A stretch of DNA of 64,000 bases, taken from assembly GCF_009914755.1 (NCBI RefSeq), contig NC_060946.1, one strand, 5' to 3'. The DNA comes from the human T2T-CHM13v2.0 reference genome, Homo sapiens. Below, piece by piece: positions 1 through 18,660 of the stretch. Numbering within the stretch: the stretch's first letter is position 1; each line of letters begins with the position of its first letter. The translations under genes were made by a program, and so were the position numbers. The notes beneath the pieces were generated by a model. That model was not told the origin of the DNA. It made no database searches and worked only from the letters and a program-made list of their open reading frames with translations.

Positions 1-252
1 AATGCAGTGGCTCTATCTTGGCTCACTGCAACCTCAGCCTCCCAGGTTCAAGCTATTCTCCTGCCTTAGCCTCCTGAGTAGCTACGACTAAAGGCATTCA
101 CCACCACGCCCAGCTAATTTGTGTATTTTTTAATACAGGTGGGGTTTTGCCATGTTGCCCAGGCTGGTCTTGAACTCCTGACCTCAAGTGATCCTCCTGC
201 CTCAGCCTCCCTAAGTGTTGGCATTACAGGCATAAGCCACAAGGCTTGGCCT
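1..252 (-). mobile_element. Alu SINE (AluS/J-like), cut by window start
   Basis: Reverse-complement Alu motifs: gctcactgcaacctc, cagctaattt..gtatttt, ctgacctcaagtgatcctcctgcctcagcc. Confidence 0.95.
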
Positions 253-1850
253 GATTCTGTTTTTTAACACAATTCCTATTACTTCTGTTTTAATTTTACA
301 AAGCCATAGGTTTTTAATCTGAGAAACCTTTGAGAAAGCATCCAGATAAATTTATAAATAGAAAAATAAATTCAGATACATAGAATTAAGTTTATGATCT
401 AACTACTGGGTGGCAACTGAAAAATTTTCAAGTTCCATAAACTGAAGTGAAAGGATCACTTTCCTGAAAATATTACAAAGGCTTGATAATTACCTGGATT
501 GTACTAAAACCTACACAATCTAGTATATTCTATAGCAGCAATGCATAAAGACAGCTTCACTTACCATGTAGAATTTATACGTACACTAAATTTAAGGAAT
601 GCGTTACTTGTTATTGGAGTAGGAAAATAACTCCCAGCAGAACTGATTTGCATGAATGGCTATTAAACTATCATCAATGTAGAAATTAAACGTTAAGCTA
701 TTCAGCCCCAGATGTGTGAGAGACAGAGAAAATCTTCAAATGAGTTCAGCTACCAAATCCCTTCCTCAATAGCTCTTTGAGTCTCAAGACAGTTTCAACC
801 ACACACAACCTCAGAGTCTTATGGTCCAAACAACATTTGACTGCAGCTCTAAAGTAAGCAAACATTTGAAAAGAAACAATCAAAGATCTATGCCTATAGT
901 TATGGTCAAGGAGGCCCACCTACTGGTGGGTGAGCATGGCAAGGATAGGGACTAAGAGAAATGATGGATTTACCAAAACAGAAACAAGATAAGCCAATGG
1001 AAGCAGAGTCCAGGTTATAACAGGAGCCCAGGCACTTGATGTGGGAACCCTATTTGTCTCACTTAGCGCTAGAGTTTTAACGTCCTAGGAAGCAGAGCTA
1101 ATGCCCTTCATTATTTTTTTTTGTAATTGACTGCATAGTTTAGAACTATGCCTTGAATTTAATATCTATCTGTTGAATAAATGAATTAATAATGATGAAA
1201 ATCTGTCCACAGGTTATGTGCAGTACTGAAGAGCAACTTCAGCTATTGAGGTATCTATCAGAAGTCTTCCTCTCTAAAAAGCCTCTGGTTAATTACTGAT
1301 ATAGGTTGCTGACAATTTCACTCTCACAATGTAGGGGAAGCAGGAATGTTATCTGGCCTCTTGGCTCCTATTCCTTTGCCTTCCACAGATCTCTCTGCTG
1401 GTTCACAGAGGAACAGTTTTGTGGCTTTCAGTTCATTTTGCAATTCTGCTAGAATCTCATTCCATCCTCAATTGTAACTAGCTTGTCCTTCACCCAATGC
1501 TTATTTATGGAGGGACAGATAGCAAGAAGAAATCGCACTCTGGATTACAAAGTGGGAAGAAGCACCCCTTGGCCAGAATGCCTGCCTCCTATGTTCATGA
1601 TGGATATTTCTAATTGATCTTGGCACTCTATTCCATTGAGCCCATGTCCCAAATTGGCCCTGAGTTAGGGAGAGGGCTCTAGAGTGGGAAAGGTGTACCC
1701 AAAACTTCCCTAATCTGACTATCAAGCCTAAAAAATTAAACTTTCAATTCAACATCCCTTGTTTCTCCAACTTGGAGTGCCTGATTGTGTGGGAAGCCCC
1801 TACTCATAAAAATTCATAGTTGAAGATTGTTGGTAATTTTGCCCAACCCC

Positions 1851-2306
1851 TTCTTTTTTTTGGTTATACTTTAAGTTCTAGGGTACATGTGCACAACGTG
1901 CAGGTTCGTTTCATATGTATACATGTGACATGTTGGTGTGCTGCACCCATTAACTCGTCATTTACATTAGGTATATATCCTAATGCTTTACCTCCCCTAG
2001 CCCCTCACCCCACAACAGGCCCCAGTGTGTGCTGTTCCCCTTCCTGTGTCCATGTGTTCTCATTGTTTAATTCCCACCTATGAGTGAGAACATGTGGGGT
2101 TTGTTTTTTTGTCCTTGTGATAGTTTGCTGAGAATGATGGTTTCCAGCTTCATCCATGTCCCTACAAAGGACATGAACTCATCATTTTTATGGCTGCATA
2201 GTATTCCATGGTGTATATGTGCCACATTTTCTTAATCCAGTCTATCATTGTTGGACATTTGGGTTGGTTCCAAGTCTTTCCTATTGTCAGTAGTGCCTCA
2301 ATAAAC
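1851..2306 (-). mobile_element. 5'-truncated L1 3' end (L1PA5-like)
   Basis: T-run then ttatactttaagttctagggtacatgtgcacaacgtgcagg...gtcatttacattagg, matching the L1PA 3'UTR. Confidence 0.9.
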
Positions 2307-3924
2307 TCCTTCTTTCTTTGCCTAGTTACACCTCAACGCAACCTCCTGGCAGGCCAGCCTTAAGCCCAGCAGTCCAACCATGCATCTAAGCTGAGTTCTC
2401 ATCAGAGCCAACTTCAATTATAAACAACTGAGATGATGCCAGAGGCCAGAATCCCTGAGAACCCAATTTGCTGTCATCACCATGGCTGAAACAAGGCGCT
2501 TGTCATCTAGAAAAGCTGATCTGTAGGAAATTTCCAATAGAGTTCAATTTTTCTAAGTTTAAAGTATACAATATCATCAAGGTCAGACACTCGAGATAAA
2601 ACTAGGCTTGCATTTAAATATAATAAAAATATTTGAAGAATAGTAAGAGTGGTGACTACTTTTACACAGGAATGTTTTAAATAAATTGTTTTTTTCTTGT
2701 GCCTTTAAAATTTTGTGATTTGTCAATGAGATGCTGACATATTTTTAATGAAGCATGCCTTGTAAAATAATAAGTGAATGAAAAATACACAGTAATATTC
2801 ACATCAACAAAGCTAGAAGAAGACTGTATGTCTCAAGAGGCTCCATCATCTACCCAGTGGCGACTTGACCAAATTAAGATCCAAATACCAAAAAGAAAAG
2901 TAATTAAAATTTGTGTTGTATGCCTTATAAGACCAAACGTATAAAATGAGGGGAAACTTCACAATTACTTGTAATTTGCTCTGTGGAATTGTAACAGATG
3001 GATTATAAAGATGATTCCACGATAAACATCTAAATGTGGTTACTACCTTCTGTGCTTTCTTGGTTCATATTTTTATTGTTTTTTTCTTTATAAACAGATA
3101 ATTCATTCTTATCTATGGCAATGCAAACTTTTCAGATGTATTGAATATGTCATAGTTTTTATCTATTGTAGGCATCTCTAAAAAGGTATAGAAAACAAAC
3201 AGAGCAAAGTCTGGTTTTGGAAAGGAGAGAGAAATAAAGCTTGTAAAGGAATGAAAATTAGAGCTTTCTGGAGATAAAAATTGTTAGAAGATACAAAAGC
3301 TAGTTACTGAATTAGATGAAGGTTCTTTTTCAGTTTTTCCCAGTCGTTCACCTCTTAGAAGGCACATATTCACAGCAGAAAAGAAAGAAAGGGTTAAAAA
3401 GAAAATATCTCCGTGTAGTGAGACTGTAATTTCATGAGGGCATTACTGAAGACTCACTTTTTCCAGCATCACTCAACATGGTATTATGCATGCGTGTAAT
3501 GTAAAGGAAAGTGAATACGCATTCTTGGATGGGTGATCAAATTGTAATTCCAGAATATAATCAGAAGCTGATTCATTATCCTCTTGAGATTTCACAATCT
3601 TTCCATCAGCAATTAAAATTCAGAAGAGGGTAAATGTATCTAATCTTTTGAATGTGATAAATTAGAGGGTGGAGCCAAGATGGCCAAATAGGAACAGCTC
3701 CAGTCTACAGCTCCCAGCGTGTGTGATGCAGAAGACGGGTGATTTCTGCATTTCCAACTGAGGTACAAGGCTCATCTCACTGGGGAGTGCTGGACAGTGG
3801 GTGCAGCGCACCATGCATAAGCCAAAGCAGGGCAAGGCATCACCTCACCTGGGAAGCTCTAGGGGTCAGGGAATTCTCTTTCCTAGTCAAAGAAAGAAAG
3901 GGGTGACAGATGGCACCTGGAAAA

Positions 3925-4107
3925 TCAGGTCACTCCCACCCTAATACTGCGCTTTTCCAACAGGCTTATCAAATGGAACACCAGGAGATTACATCCCGCA
4001 CATGGTTTGGAGAGTCCTACACCCACGGAGCCTCGCTGTTTGCTAGCACAGCAGTCTAAGATCAAACTGCAAGGTAACAGTGTGGCTGGGGGAGGGGAGC
4101 CCGCCAT
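3925..4107 (-). pseudogene. ORF0: L1 antisense ORF0 homolog, truncated to 60 aa
   Basis: MAGSPPPATLLPCSLILDCCASKQRGSVGVG...IRVGVT* matches primate L1 ORF0 (MAGAPPPASLPPCSLISDCCAS...) with a premature TGA. Confidence 0.85.
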
Positions 4108-4682
4108 TGCTCAGGCTTGAGTAAGTAAACAAAGCAGCTGGGAATTTCGAACTGGGTGGAGGCCACCAGAGCTCAAGGAGGCCAGCCTGCCTCTGTAGGC
4201 TCCATCTCTGGGGGCAGGGCACAGACAAACAAAAGACAGCAATAACCTCTGCAGACTTAAATGTCCCTGTCTGACAGCTTTGAAGAGAGTAGTGGTTCTC
4301 CCAGCATGCAGCTTGAGATCTGAGAACGGCAGACAACCCCCCCCTAGTTGGTCTCTGACCCCCGAGTAGCCTAACTGGGAGGCACCCCCCAGTAGGCGCA
4401 GACTGACACCTCACATGGCTGGGTACCCCTCTGAGACAAAACTTCCAGAGGAACAATCAGGCAGCAGCATTTGCAGTTCACCAATATCCACAGTTCTGCA
4501 GCCACCACTGCTGATACCCAGGCAAATAGTGTCTGCAGTAGACCTCTAGTAAACTCCAACAGACCTGCAGCTGAGGGTCCTGACTGTTAGAAGGAAAACT
4601 AACAAACAGAAAGGACATCCACACCAAAACCCCATCTGTATGTCACCATCATCAAGGACCAAAGGTAGATAAAACCACAAAG

Positions 4683-5699
4683 ATGGGGAAAAACAGAGCA
4701 GAAAAACCGGAAACTCTAAAACTCAGAGTGCCTCTCCTCCTCCAAAGGAATGCAGCTCCTCACCAGCAATGGAACAAAGCTGAACGGAGAATGACTTTGA
4801 CGAGTTGAGAGAGGAGGGCTTCAGAAGATCAAAGTACTCCGAGCTAGAGGAGGAAGTTCGAACCAATGACAAAGAAGTTAAAAACTTTGAATAAAAAAAT
4901 TAGACAAATGGATAACTAGAATAACCAATGCGGAGAAGTCCTTAAAGGACCTGATGGAGCTGAAAACCATGGCACGAGAACTTCATGACAAGTGCATAAG
5001 CCTCAGTAACCGATGTGATCAACTGGAAGAAAGGGTATCAGCGATGGAAGATGAAATGAATGAAATGAAGCATGAAGAGAAGTTTAGAGAGAAAAGAATA
5101 AAAAAAAATGAACAAAGCTTCCAAGAAATATGGGACTATGTCAAAAGACAAAATCTACGTCTATTTGGTTTACCTGAAAGTGACGGGGAGAATGGAAACA
5201 AGTTGGAAAACACTCTGCAGGATATTATCCAGGAGAACTTCCCCAATCTAGCAAGGCAGGCCAACATACAAATTCAGGAAATACAGAGAATGCCACAAAG
5301 ATACTCCTCGAGAAGCACAACTCCAAGACACATAATTGTCAGATTCACCAAAGTTGAAATGAAGGAAAAAATTTTAAGGAAGCCAGAAAGAAAGGTCGGG
5401 TTACCCACAAAAGGAAGCCCATCAGACTAACTGCTGATCTCTCCACAGAAACTCTACAAGTCAGAAGAGAGTAGGGGCCAATATTCAACAATCTTAAAGG
5501 AAAGAATTTTCAACCCAGAATTTCATATCCAGCCAAACTAAGCTTCATGAGTGAAGGAGAAATAATATACTCCACAGACAAGCAAATGCTGAGAGACTTT
5601 GTCACCACCAGGCCTGTCCTAAAAGAGCTCCTGAAGGAAGCACTAAACATGGAAAGGAACAACTGGTACCAGCCACTGTAAAAACATGCCAAATTGTAA
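4683..5699 (+). pseudogene. L1 ORF1p, disrupted
   Basis: atggggaaaaacag start with frameshifts and stops; fragment 4954-5430 (EIWDYVKR..RYSSR..TPRHIIVRFTKVEMKEK). Confidence 0.92.
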
Positions 5700-5762
5700 A
5701 GACCATCACGGCTAGGAAGAAACTGCGTCAACTAACGAGGAAAATAACCAGTTAACATCATA

Positions 5763-9575
<3,813 letters not shown>

Positions 9576-10920
9576 ACAATGAGAAAACATGGATACAGAA
9601 AGGGGAACATCACACACCGGGGACTGTTGTGGGGTTGGGGGAGGGGATAGGGATAGCATTAGAAGATATACCTCATGTTAAATGACGAGTTAATGGGTGC
9701 AGCACACCAACATGGCACATGTATACATATGTAGCAAACCTGCACGTTGTACACATGTACCCTAAAACTTAAAGTATAATAAAAAAAATAACAGGAGCCT
9801 TTTATACAGATAAATTTGATTTGCATCATGATCAGCACTAAAGAGCATCACAGATTTAAACCATATTTACACAGTTAAAACAATGTAACCAAATATGCAA
9901 TATATTATGTAACATTGTACAAGATGCTTTTCAAACATGCAAATTGACCTTTAAAACAATTTTACATAAAATAACATTTTTTAGGTAAGAGAAAAGACAG
10001 ACATGTTGTTAGGGCAACATATTTCTGCTCAAATTACAAATTCCTGAATGACAAATCACAGGATAGAAAAAAATTATATTGTACCTGGAATTTGAAGTCT
10101 TCAGATGTATTTAGATATATGTATCTATATGTATTAATAGAGACATATTAGTTTAGAACAGTTATATTTTGAAGATGTCATTCTTTAAAAACTATTATAT
10201 CTACAGGATTGCTGCAGATATTTTAATTTTAAACAAATATTTTTCACCAATGTGACCAGTATTATTTCCTATTTTATTAAACAGACATTTCAAGATTCTT
10301 TTAGAGTTAATTTTTAAAAATTAAGCATCACAAATACTTCTGAAGTACTACCGTAAAAAAAAACCCTTTTCTGGCTTTTCATTTAGTTAAACATTTTCAT
10401 AATGACTAAAAAGGTAAAAATAAAATAACAACCATAATTAAATTAGAATTCTACTTTTTATATCAGATGAAATACTATATAAAATGTCCAGAAAATCTAG
10501 TGTTAATGAGGCTGTGCATCCTGGACTTTTGATGTCTCATCTGTGGGAATGTGAACTAACCCAACCATTCTGAATAATTATTGGCTCTGTGTGTTAACAG
10601 TCTAGAGTCCTGAAACAAGGATCTTAATTCTAAAATCAAATCCTACTCTAAGAATATACCAAGGGTTGATGATAATGAAGTTTCAAAGTTATAGAGAAGA
10701 ACCTTCATCCTAGCATTATATATGTAATCATCCATATAAACCAGATAGTGTCGAATGAAACTGCAGAAAAACAAACAGCCTACAGAATATGTTTCTCTTT
10801 GTGTACAACTGTAAATGTACACATCTATCCATGTAAAATTTCACATCTCAGGAAGATAGGTACCAACATGCTAACATGCTATATCTATAAGATAAGAAAT
10901 ATTACTTTTCTACAATTTCA

Positions 10921-11033
10921 TACACACACACACACACACTCACACACACATACACACACACCGAGGATATATACGCACACAAATATATATATAAACATAC
11001 ATATTTATATAGATACACACACATACATATACA
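10921..11033. repeat. (CA)n/(TA)n microsatellite
   Basis: Visible dinucleotide tracts. Confidence 0.9.
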
Positions 11034-11377
11034 CAGATGGTCAACAACTTATAATGGTTCAATTTATTATTTTTTTTACTTTATGATGAAGTAAAAATGA
11101 TAGCTTTGAATAGAATATAACTATTCTGCTTTTCACTTTCAGTACAATATTCAACAAATTACATAAAATATCCAATACTTTATTATAAAGTGGGTTTTGT
11201 GTTCAGTGATTTTGCCCAATTGTCAGCTGATGTAAGTGTTCTGAGCACATTAAAGGTATGCCAGGCTAAGCTGTGATGTTCAGTAAGTTAGGTATTAAAT
11301 ACATTTTTACTGACTCTATTTTCAATTTATGATCAGCTTATCAAGACTTAACCCCATTGTACATTGAAAAGCATTTG
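11034..11377 (-). mobile_element. Tigger-family MITE (MER47A-like)
   Basis: Ends cagatggtc... and ...gcatttg|ta form degenerate TIRs; internal ttttgcccaattgtcagctgatgtaagtgttctgagcac. Confidence 0.75.
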
Positions 11378-11482
11378 TATTGCATTAAGCATGTTATATA
11401 ATATTTTTAAATTGAAATTACTGGCAACTTTTGAAAAAATTAAATGAAATAATGTGCTGTGCTATTGGCTAAAATGTTTTTG

Positions 11483-11800
<318 letters not shown>

Positions 11801-14800
11801 AAAAGTTTTTAGCTTCAAGTAACAGAATAGTCAACTAATTGTAGAAAAAAACACGGAGCAACTTTGACCAAATCGCACAACAAATAGATGGTATCAATGT
11901 TTAGTTAATTCAACATGATCCACTTCTTTGTGATTCTCTTATCTTTCTACCTATGTTTTCAAGATGGCTATGGCATTCCCAGCCTTACAACTTCATGTGA
12001 AAAAATCCAATGGCAGGAAAGAATAAGTGACGGCATTTTGGAACTTTAAGGAAAAACTTTAAGGATTGGAAAACAGGGATGCCATATGTCCAGTAACATG
12101 GGATAGCCGCTCCTAATCAAGGATTGCTGTATGTCCTGAATGACTTTCTAACGTAATGAAGGTGAATAACCTGCTTTGTTTAATTATACAAACCCAAATG
12201 TAACTGCTTAAGTGCCAAGTACTTTTGCATGGTTTTAATATGCCATGAATTTTGCAGGAATGAAACTACTATGTATATGAGAAAAGACGGTAGATTTTTT
12301 TCATTTAGATACTCATTTCAGAGTCTCAATAGGAAAAAGAGAACACACACAAACTAAGATAATTTAACATGGGTTTATTTCCAAAGAGACTACTTACGAA
12401 AATGTCAGGGGAGAAGGGTGAAGGAATCACAGAAATCACACCCCACAATATCTCTGGTTTAGTAGCGGCAGGCAGAGTTCTGGGGAGTAAACTGCCCTGA
12501 TCACACAAGGAAACACTAATTTTCTTAAGAAAAAGACTGGTGAAGGAGACCTGGCAGAGAGGGAGTTTAGGCAATAACCCCCAATCCCATTTCCTCCTTC
12601 CCTTTAATCTCATGAACATGCATAGAAGGCAATGAGCAAGAGAACAAATTGAGATATTCAATATGGACCATTCCACTTGGACAAAAGCCAGTAAATAGGG
12701 GAGTATAACAGGGGACAAGGGACAAACAGAAAGTATCTATTACCTTTACCAATGCAGATCAGTCATGTCAACAATAGAAATGGCAGTTTTGGCATTTGGT
12801 TATTCAATGAAACTATATTTGTGGCTTTTTATTTACAATGTTTCAAGGTATGGGCGAAGATATGAAAATTTCATTATGTTCTATTGTATTTGATATGTAA
12901 ATGTTCTGGCACAATTATATACATTTTGGATTATATATTGACAGTAAATTATTTCTCCTTTGTTAGCTTCAGCATAACATTAATATTTTCAACAACTTGA
13001 ATGCATACATTGTGTTCTCACTAATAGTTTAGAATAGTGAAGGGGTCTTTGAAGAATTTCTTATGAAGTAGAGGCATTGGGTCAGACAGAGCCGAAAACC
13101 ATTGGCTTAGATTAATCACTATTTATCCTAGGGCTGAAGAGGGCCAATTGAAGAAACAAATGTCCAATCCCTCTATGACGTGGGAGTTCTATGAAGCAGA
13201 GAAATAGAGACTGGTTCTTAAGGAGGTAATAAGTGTGCCTTCTATGGTTTATGATAATATGCATTGTCTTAACAATCGAATACTTAAAAGTTAATGCCCT
13301 CATAATATGCAAAATTTTTAGTAAGCACATTGGTTCCTGTGTTCAAGTAGTTGGTAATCAAATTAGTGAAGTATGATAAGTCTTTTGAAGAACATTAAAC
13401 AGCAGAGAATGTAAGAAATTTGTCTCTATAATAGTGTGGGCCTTCTGTGTTTCCTAAGGGCACATTCATATGATCTAATAACTGAGAAGAGAGAAGCCTA
13501 AAGGATAGTTTATGGTTTCATTTGTTTGTTTTTGCCAATTAACATACATTTCTACATTAAAAGTCAACTATCTTTTCCTTGGGAGTCAACTATAGGAGAA
13601 GACAGTGAAGAGTCAAGGAAAATTACAGCAGCTCAACAGCTTTACCCTGGAAATATCTGTATTGTGTACTGCTATAGCCTACCTTTATCAGTCAGATAAC
13701 AATGTCAAAGAGGCAAGCTTGGCACCATTGCTCTTAGTGAATCCCTGCTGCCAGCCTTTTATCCTAAGTGCTCTCAAAAGACCCATTTAATGGACCTTCC
13801 TGAAATTGTGCTCAGGATCAATATGAGGCTCATTGATACAGCAGCTTTGGAACTCACCATTTGCTTATTTATTAAACCTGGGATAGTTGCCCGACTTCTA
13901 TCATCTGAAACACTCTCCATGACTTTCAAAATTACCAACATTGGTTCCAACATCATTCCTAGAAAACATTTCAGTGGAGTATATTTATCTGACATTTGAC
14001 TGTATTTATAGCAGTAAGAATCTATGATGATTCCTCCCAAAATAATCCCACAATTACACATTTTGGGTCACTTTTGAGGGTCTTACCCTTAATATCAGAG
14101 ATCTGTTCCATATATTTGAGTCTTAGAAATAATTACTAGCTTCTCTCTGAATTTAACTGAAGTTCCTTACTTTTATTCAGCCTGTTACCCAAATTACATA
14201 ATGTATTGAAGGCTAAAAACTGTCCAAATTTCTGATTACATTTAGTTAAAAATGGGAATATGACTTTTTCTTTTTCTAACTTGGCAAAGATTATGTTTTT
14301 TTATGAAGAAATATAGGCATAATTTAAACACTCAGTATCTGAGAATTTGCAATACATGAAACTTAGCAAGTGGTCTTTAAGTAGTTTTCATTTCTAAATT
14401 ATAGTACATACCATTGAATGCTATAGAAGAAAAGACAATGAGGGATTACTCATAAACATTGCCTTTATGATATCCTTCCAAAGAAAACCAAGTGTCCCTG
14501 TGCTTGGACTCATAAAGCAGAAATTCTTACCTTGCTTTTATGTCACTAACAAACAATTGTGCCTAGTCATTTAATTCTAACGCATTTAAGCCATCTTGGG
14601 AGTAGAGCCCCTAGGGAAAACTACAAATGGAAAATTCATTGATTTTCCATTTGGCTTTCCTATGGATTAAATTTAACACTTTCTTGTAAATCTCTCCCTT
14701 TGCAGATCATATGTGATAAATAGTTATCCAAATTTCTAGATGTCCACCCAGAGCTGCTTCCATATGAAGAGGTGGAAACGGATTCTGTGCATGATACTGG

Positions 14801-15789
14801 TTAGGATTGGGAACTGTTTTTTTTAAAGGAGATTTTTAAAATTTGTTTTCCTTGTACACATAGCCATAATATTGTGTTGCTAACTGCCCTCTGGGAACAA
14901 AGTCATACCAATCACAAATATATTGCCTAAACCGGGAGGCTTATTACTCTGTTGTGAATTCCATCTCCTATTATGATTTAAAGATGCTACAAACTTGAGA
15001 CATTACTATGTAGATGAGATTCCCAGCAAATCCCCCAACAACACTTAATGAGATTTCACATACCAGGATCATGAAACAGTAAAAGATATAAGGAAATAAA
15101 GAAAAGTACAGTATATGTGTAGAAGGCATTAAAACACAAATTTTATAATTATGAATGCATATAATAAGGAACAAGTTTTATTCTAAATAGCAATTAAATC
15201 AGAACTACAATACAGGGAATAAAAGTGAATATTAAACCATTGTACCGACAATAACAGAGCCCTTTTTCTGCTGCGTGATGGAATTTAGTGTTTACTAAGG
15301 AAGAAAAAAAATGCAAGATATCTTATATTTGGTACTTTCCAACAAATTTAAGAAATGTGTACACACTTGAGGAGACTTAAGAAGTCTCTGACTAAAACAC
15401 TAGAAAAGAAAAGCAGTGAAAAGCCAAATAACTATTACTCAACAATAACATTTGTTACTATTATATTAATATTAAACACACTATTAGGCAACAACATTTC
15501 AGTTACTCACTGAGCCCAAAGTCATTTTTCATGAACCATTCACAACACTGATAACCTATTGAAAAATGATTGAAAACAAAAAAGCTTATTGCTTTCCAAG
15601 TCCTTTTAAAGCCTTCTCATGTGTCATTTCATATAATACTTATAACGAATCTATGGAGTATATACTGACTTTATCTCTGTACAGAAAAGAAAACTGAGTC
15701 ATATTCAGAATAAGTTGCAAATATTCCCCAGATAATCAGTGTCCTGGGTGAAATTTTACGTCACAGTGTACTCAAGTGTAATTTAGGGA

Positions 15790-16015
15790 AGCAGCACAAA
15801 TGACGGCTGAAAGCACAGGTTCTGGGGTAAATAGCCTGAAGTCAAAATCTAGTTCATATCCTCAGTGGCTGTGTGATCTTGGGAAATTTCCCTTAACTCT
15901 CTGTGTCTTGGTCTTATAGTTTCATCCATTATTGCCTCTCATATGAGAGGTGAGCATTACACTAGTTTATGCTTCTAGGACACTGAAAACAGTACCTGGC
16001 TCTTGATAAATATTA
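15790..16015 (+). mobile_element. MIR SINE
   Basis: Core ggctgtgtgatcttgggaaatttcccttaactctctgtgtc. Confidence 0.7.
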
Positions 16016-16639
16016 ACAATTTTATTTCATTTTCTTCACCTTGAGTATTTCATGGCCAGATGGAAATCAATGTCAATATGAAAAAATGTTCATAATTCAA
16101 CAGGAAGAAATACAAAACCATATAAACAACTTTGTTTTACTGGCAAGTGTATTTGGAAGCTATGTTAAATTGAGAAGGGGAAGGGAAAGCCTCTAAGGGC
16201 ATTGATTAATCAATGACCAAAAGCTGATGAGACTTGTCTGGAGTTTTTTTTTTGGAGACTCTGAGACTTAAAATTTCTCCAAAATAAGGAGATGAATTGA
16301 GTAGTGTGGAAGAGACATTTTCTGAAGTCAACAGAGAAAGGAGAGACAAATATGGTAAGGGGAAAATGGTATGAAGTAATAATATCTATGAAGTGCTTTC
16401 TAAAGTATAACACATGTAAATTGTGTTAAATGTAAACTATCATGATTATATCATTACTGTCTGACTGATACAACTATATCCACCTCAGTTAGCCACATAA
16501 GATCAATTTTCCTATACCTTAGAGAACACCAGTAACCTCCGGTTCAGAAACAGCATAAATATCTATCCACAGCTGAGCAGACACATACAGCTAGCTACTA
16601 GATGAAATGGGCCATATCTTCAAATACTATTGTTTTCCA

Positions 16640-16850
16640 TTTTTTAATTGTGGCAAAACACACTCAACAATTTGCATCTTAACCACTGTTAAGTATACAA
16701 TTCAGTGTCATTAAATGTATTCACAATGTTGTGCAAGCATCACCACCACCCATCTCCATAATTCTTTTTGTCTTTTGTCACCCATTAAAAAGTGACTCCC
16801 CATTCCCTGCCCTCCCAGGGCAACTACAGCTTTACTTTCTGTCTTGATGA
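16640..16850 (-). mobile_element. Old L1M (L1MB-like) 3' end fragment
   Basis: ttaagtatacaattcagtgtcattaaatgtattcacaatgttgtgcaagcatcaccacc. Confidence 0.7.
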
Positions 16851-18487
16851 ATCACATAATATCAAATGCAATTTTTAAGATATTTAAAATATTTTGTCTG
16901 GAAGCAAAGTGGAAGTTAATATCAATGGCTATGCCTTTAGTGAGTTCTCAGACCACATTACAATGTAGTTAACTATTTATCTTTTATTACTTTCTAGACC
17001 TATTATTTCTTTCTGGTTCAAAAATATCTTCTTTGTAGATTATGGCATTTACCTCTATCTCCACACCTATTTGCGTCTCTCATCCACAGATCATCAGCCT
17101 CTTGCTTAGTCTTCCATTTAATGACAAATTCTATTTAGTATACAACAGTCCTTCCCCCTGCAAAGCAATTTCTTCACTCTGAAAAGCTCTGAATCTGGCT
17201 AATGGTCTCTGTTATGTACTCATCCCTAGAGCCATGTCTTCAAATATTTCTCAGAACTTCTTCACATCTAAAAATCTAAGATTAATTTATTGCTCTCTGA
17301 TTATATTCTTCTGGTATTTCAAGTATCCTGTATAACTTCTTCATCTGCCCTTGCTTTTCTTCTACATCAAGATGTCAAGTTCATGGACTTCCCAATTAAT
17401 CATTTTAAAAATTTATTTCAAGCCTTTATGAGTCACTACAATATACATATGTTCTCAGGCATTATGGCCCTACAATTTGTATGTGAGAATAGTTCCTGTG
17501 TCAGGCATTATGGACATAAGAGGAAATAAATTCTAGCCCCTGCCTACAAGGAGCTAATTCCCAGCCTAAGACAGATTGCAAGCCAATAATATGCAGACTT
17601 GTAAGTCTAAGGAAACTGATTGGGATGTACCTAATTCGAGCTGGGAATATCAGAAGAAAAACTTATTGAAAGTCATGAGACATGAGCTGTGCCTAAAAGA
17701 ATGAAAAATAGAGAGAGAAATAAGAAGAAATAAATTAGGGAATGAGGTGGGTATAATAGTAGAAAAAGGAAATCTCTTTAGATAAAACAGGGTATGAGAG
17801 TATATAAGAGGCTTATTAACTCAGTGTGGTTGGAGAAAATAGGTTGAAAGGAGAAATAGGGGAGAAAGTTCCAAAGGGAATCAAACGTGTTAATAGTTGA
17901 GGGAAAAGGAAATATTGAATACGACCCATAGATCTTGGATAATCCAGTGTTTGGTAGTAGCTTACATAAAAGGTTGTGACAAAATAACCAGAGGTATGCA
18001 GAGAAAATAATAACTGAGTGTCATATTTCCTCTCAGTAGAAACCTAAAAATGAAATGTAATCACACACTGATCTTTTAACTGACCTCCACTTATCTTGCT
18101 GCCTGGATTGGTATACATATTCCTCTGCCTGAAAAATTGCTCAAAACTTTTGAAAGGTTGTTTCTCACTGTTACACCCAGGCATTTCTGCTAACACCAGC
18201 TGAGTTGTAAGGGGCCCTCCAGGAGGCCTAGGTTGTTCTCCTTATCACATACATAATTTTCATTTATCAATTTACCCAGAACATCTAATGAAATATTATG
18301 GACACCAATAACATGAATACAAATATAGCTATAGACCCTAAAAAGTAAATTGATGTCTCTTGAAAGGCTGTCATGTCTTAGATGCTTAATTTGGAGTATG
18401 TGTTTCTAATAAATAAATAGCTTGCTTTAATCATTCTGATTTATGAATGTAATATAGGGGAGCAGCTTTGATTTCACCCTTAATCTT

Positions 18488-18660
18488 AAAAAACAATTAG
18501 CCGGGTGTGGTGGTGGGCACCTGTAGTCCCAACTACTCAGGAGGCTGAAGCAGGAGAATGGTGTGCACCTGGGAGGCGGAGCTTGCAGTAAGCCAAAATT
18601 GTGCCACTGCACTCCAGCCTGAGTGACAGTGCGAGACTCTGTGTCAAAAAAAAAAAAAAA
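18488..18660 (+). mobile_element. 5'-truncated Alu (right monomer, AluY-like)
   Basis: attagccgggtgtggtgg...gaggcggagcttgcagt...poly(A). Confidence 0.92.

Noticed and set aside
12300-12780. Possible old LTR fragment (similar hints at 28500-29560, 35140-35380 and 60345-60422)
   Set aside because: Too degenerate to assign a family or boundaries by eye.
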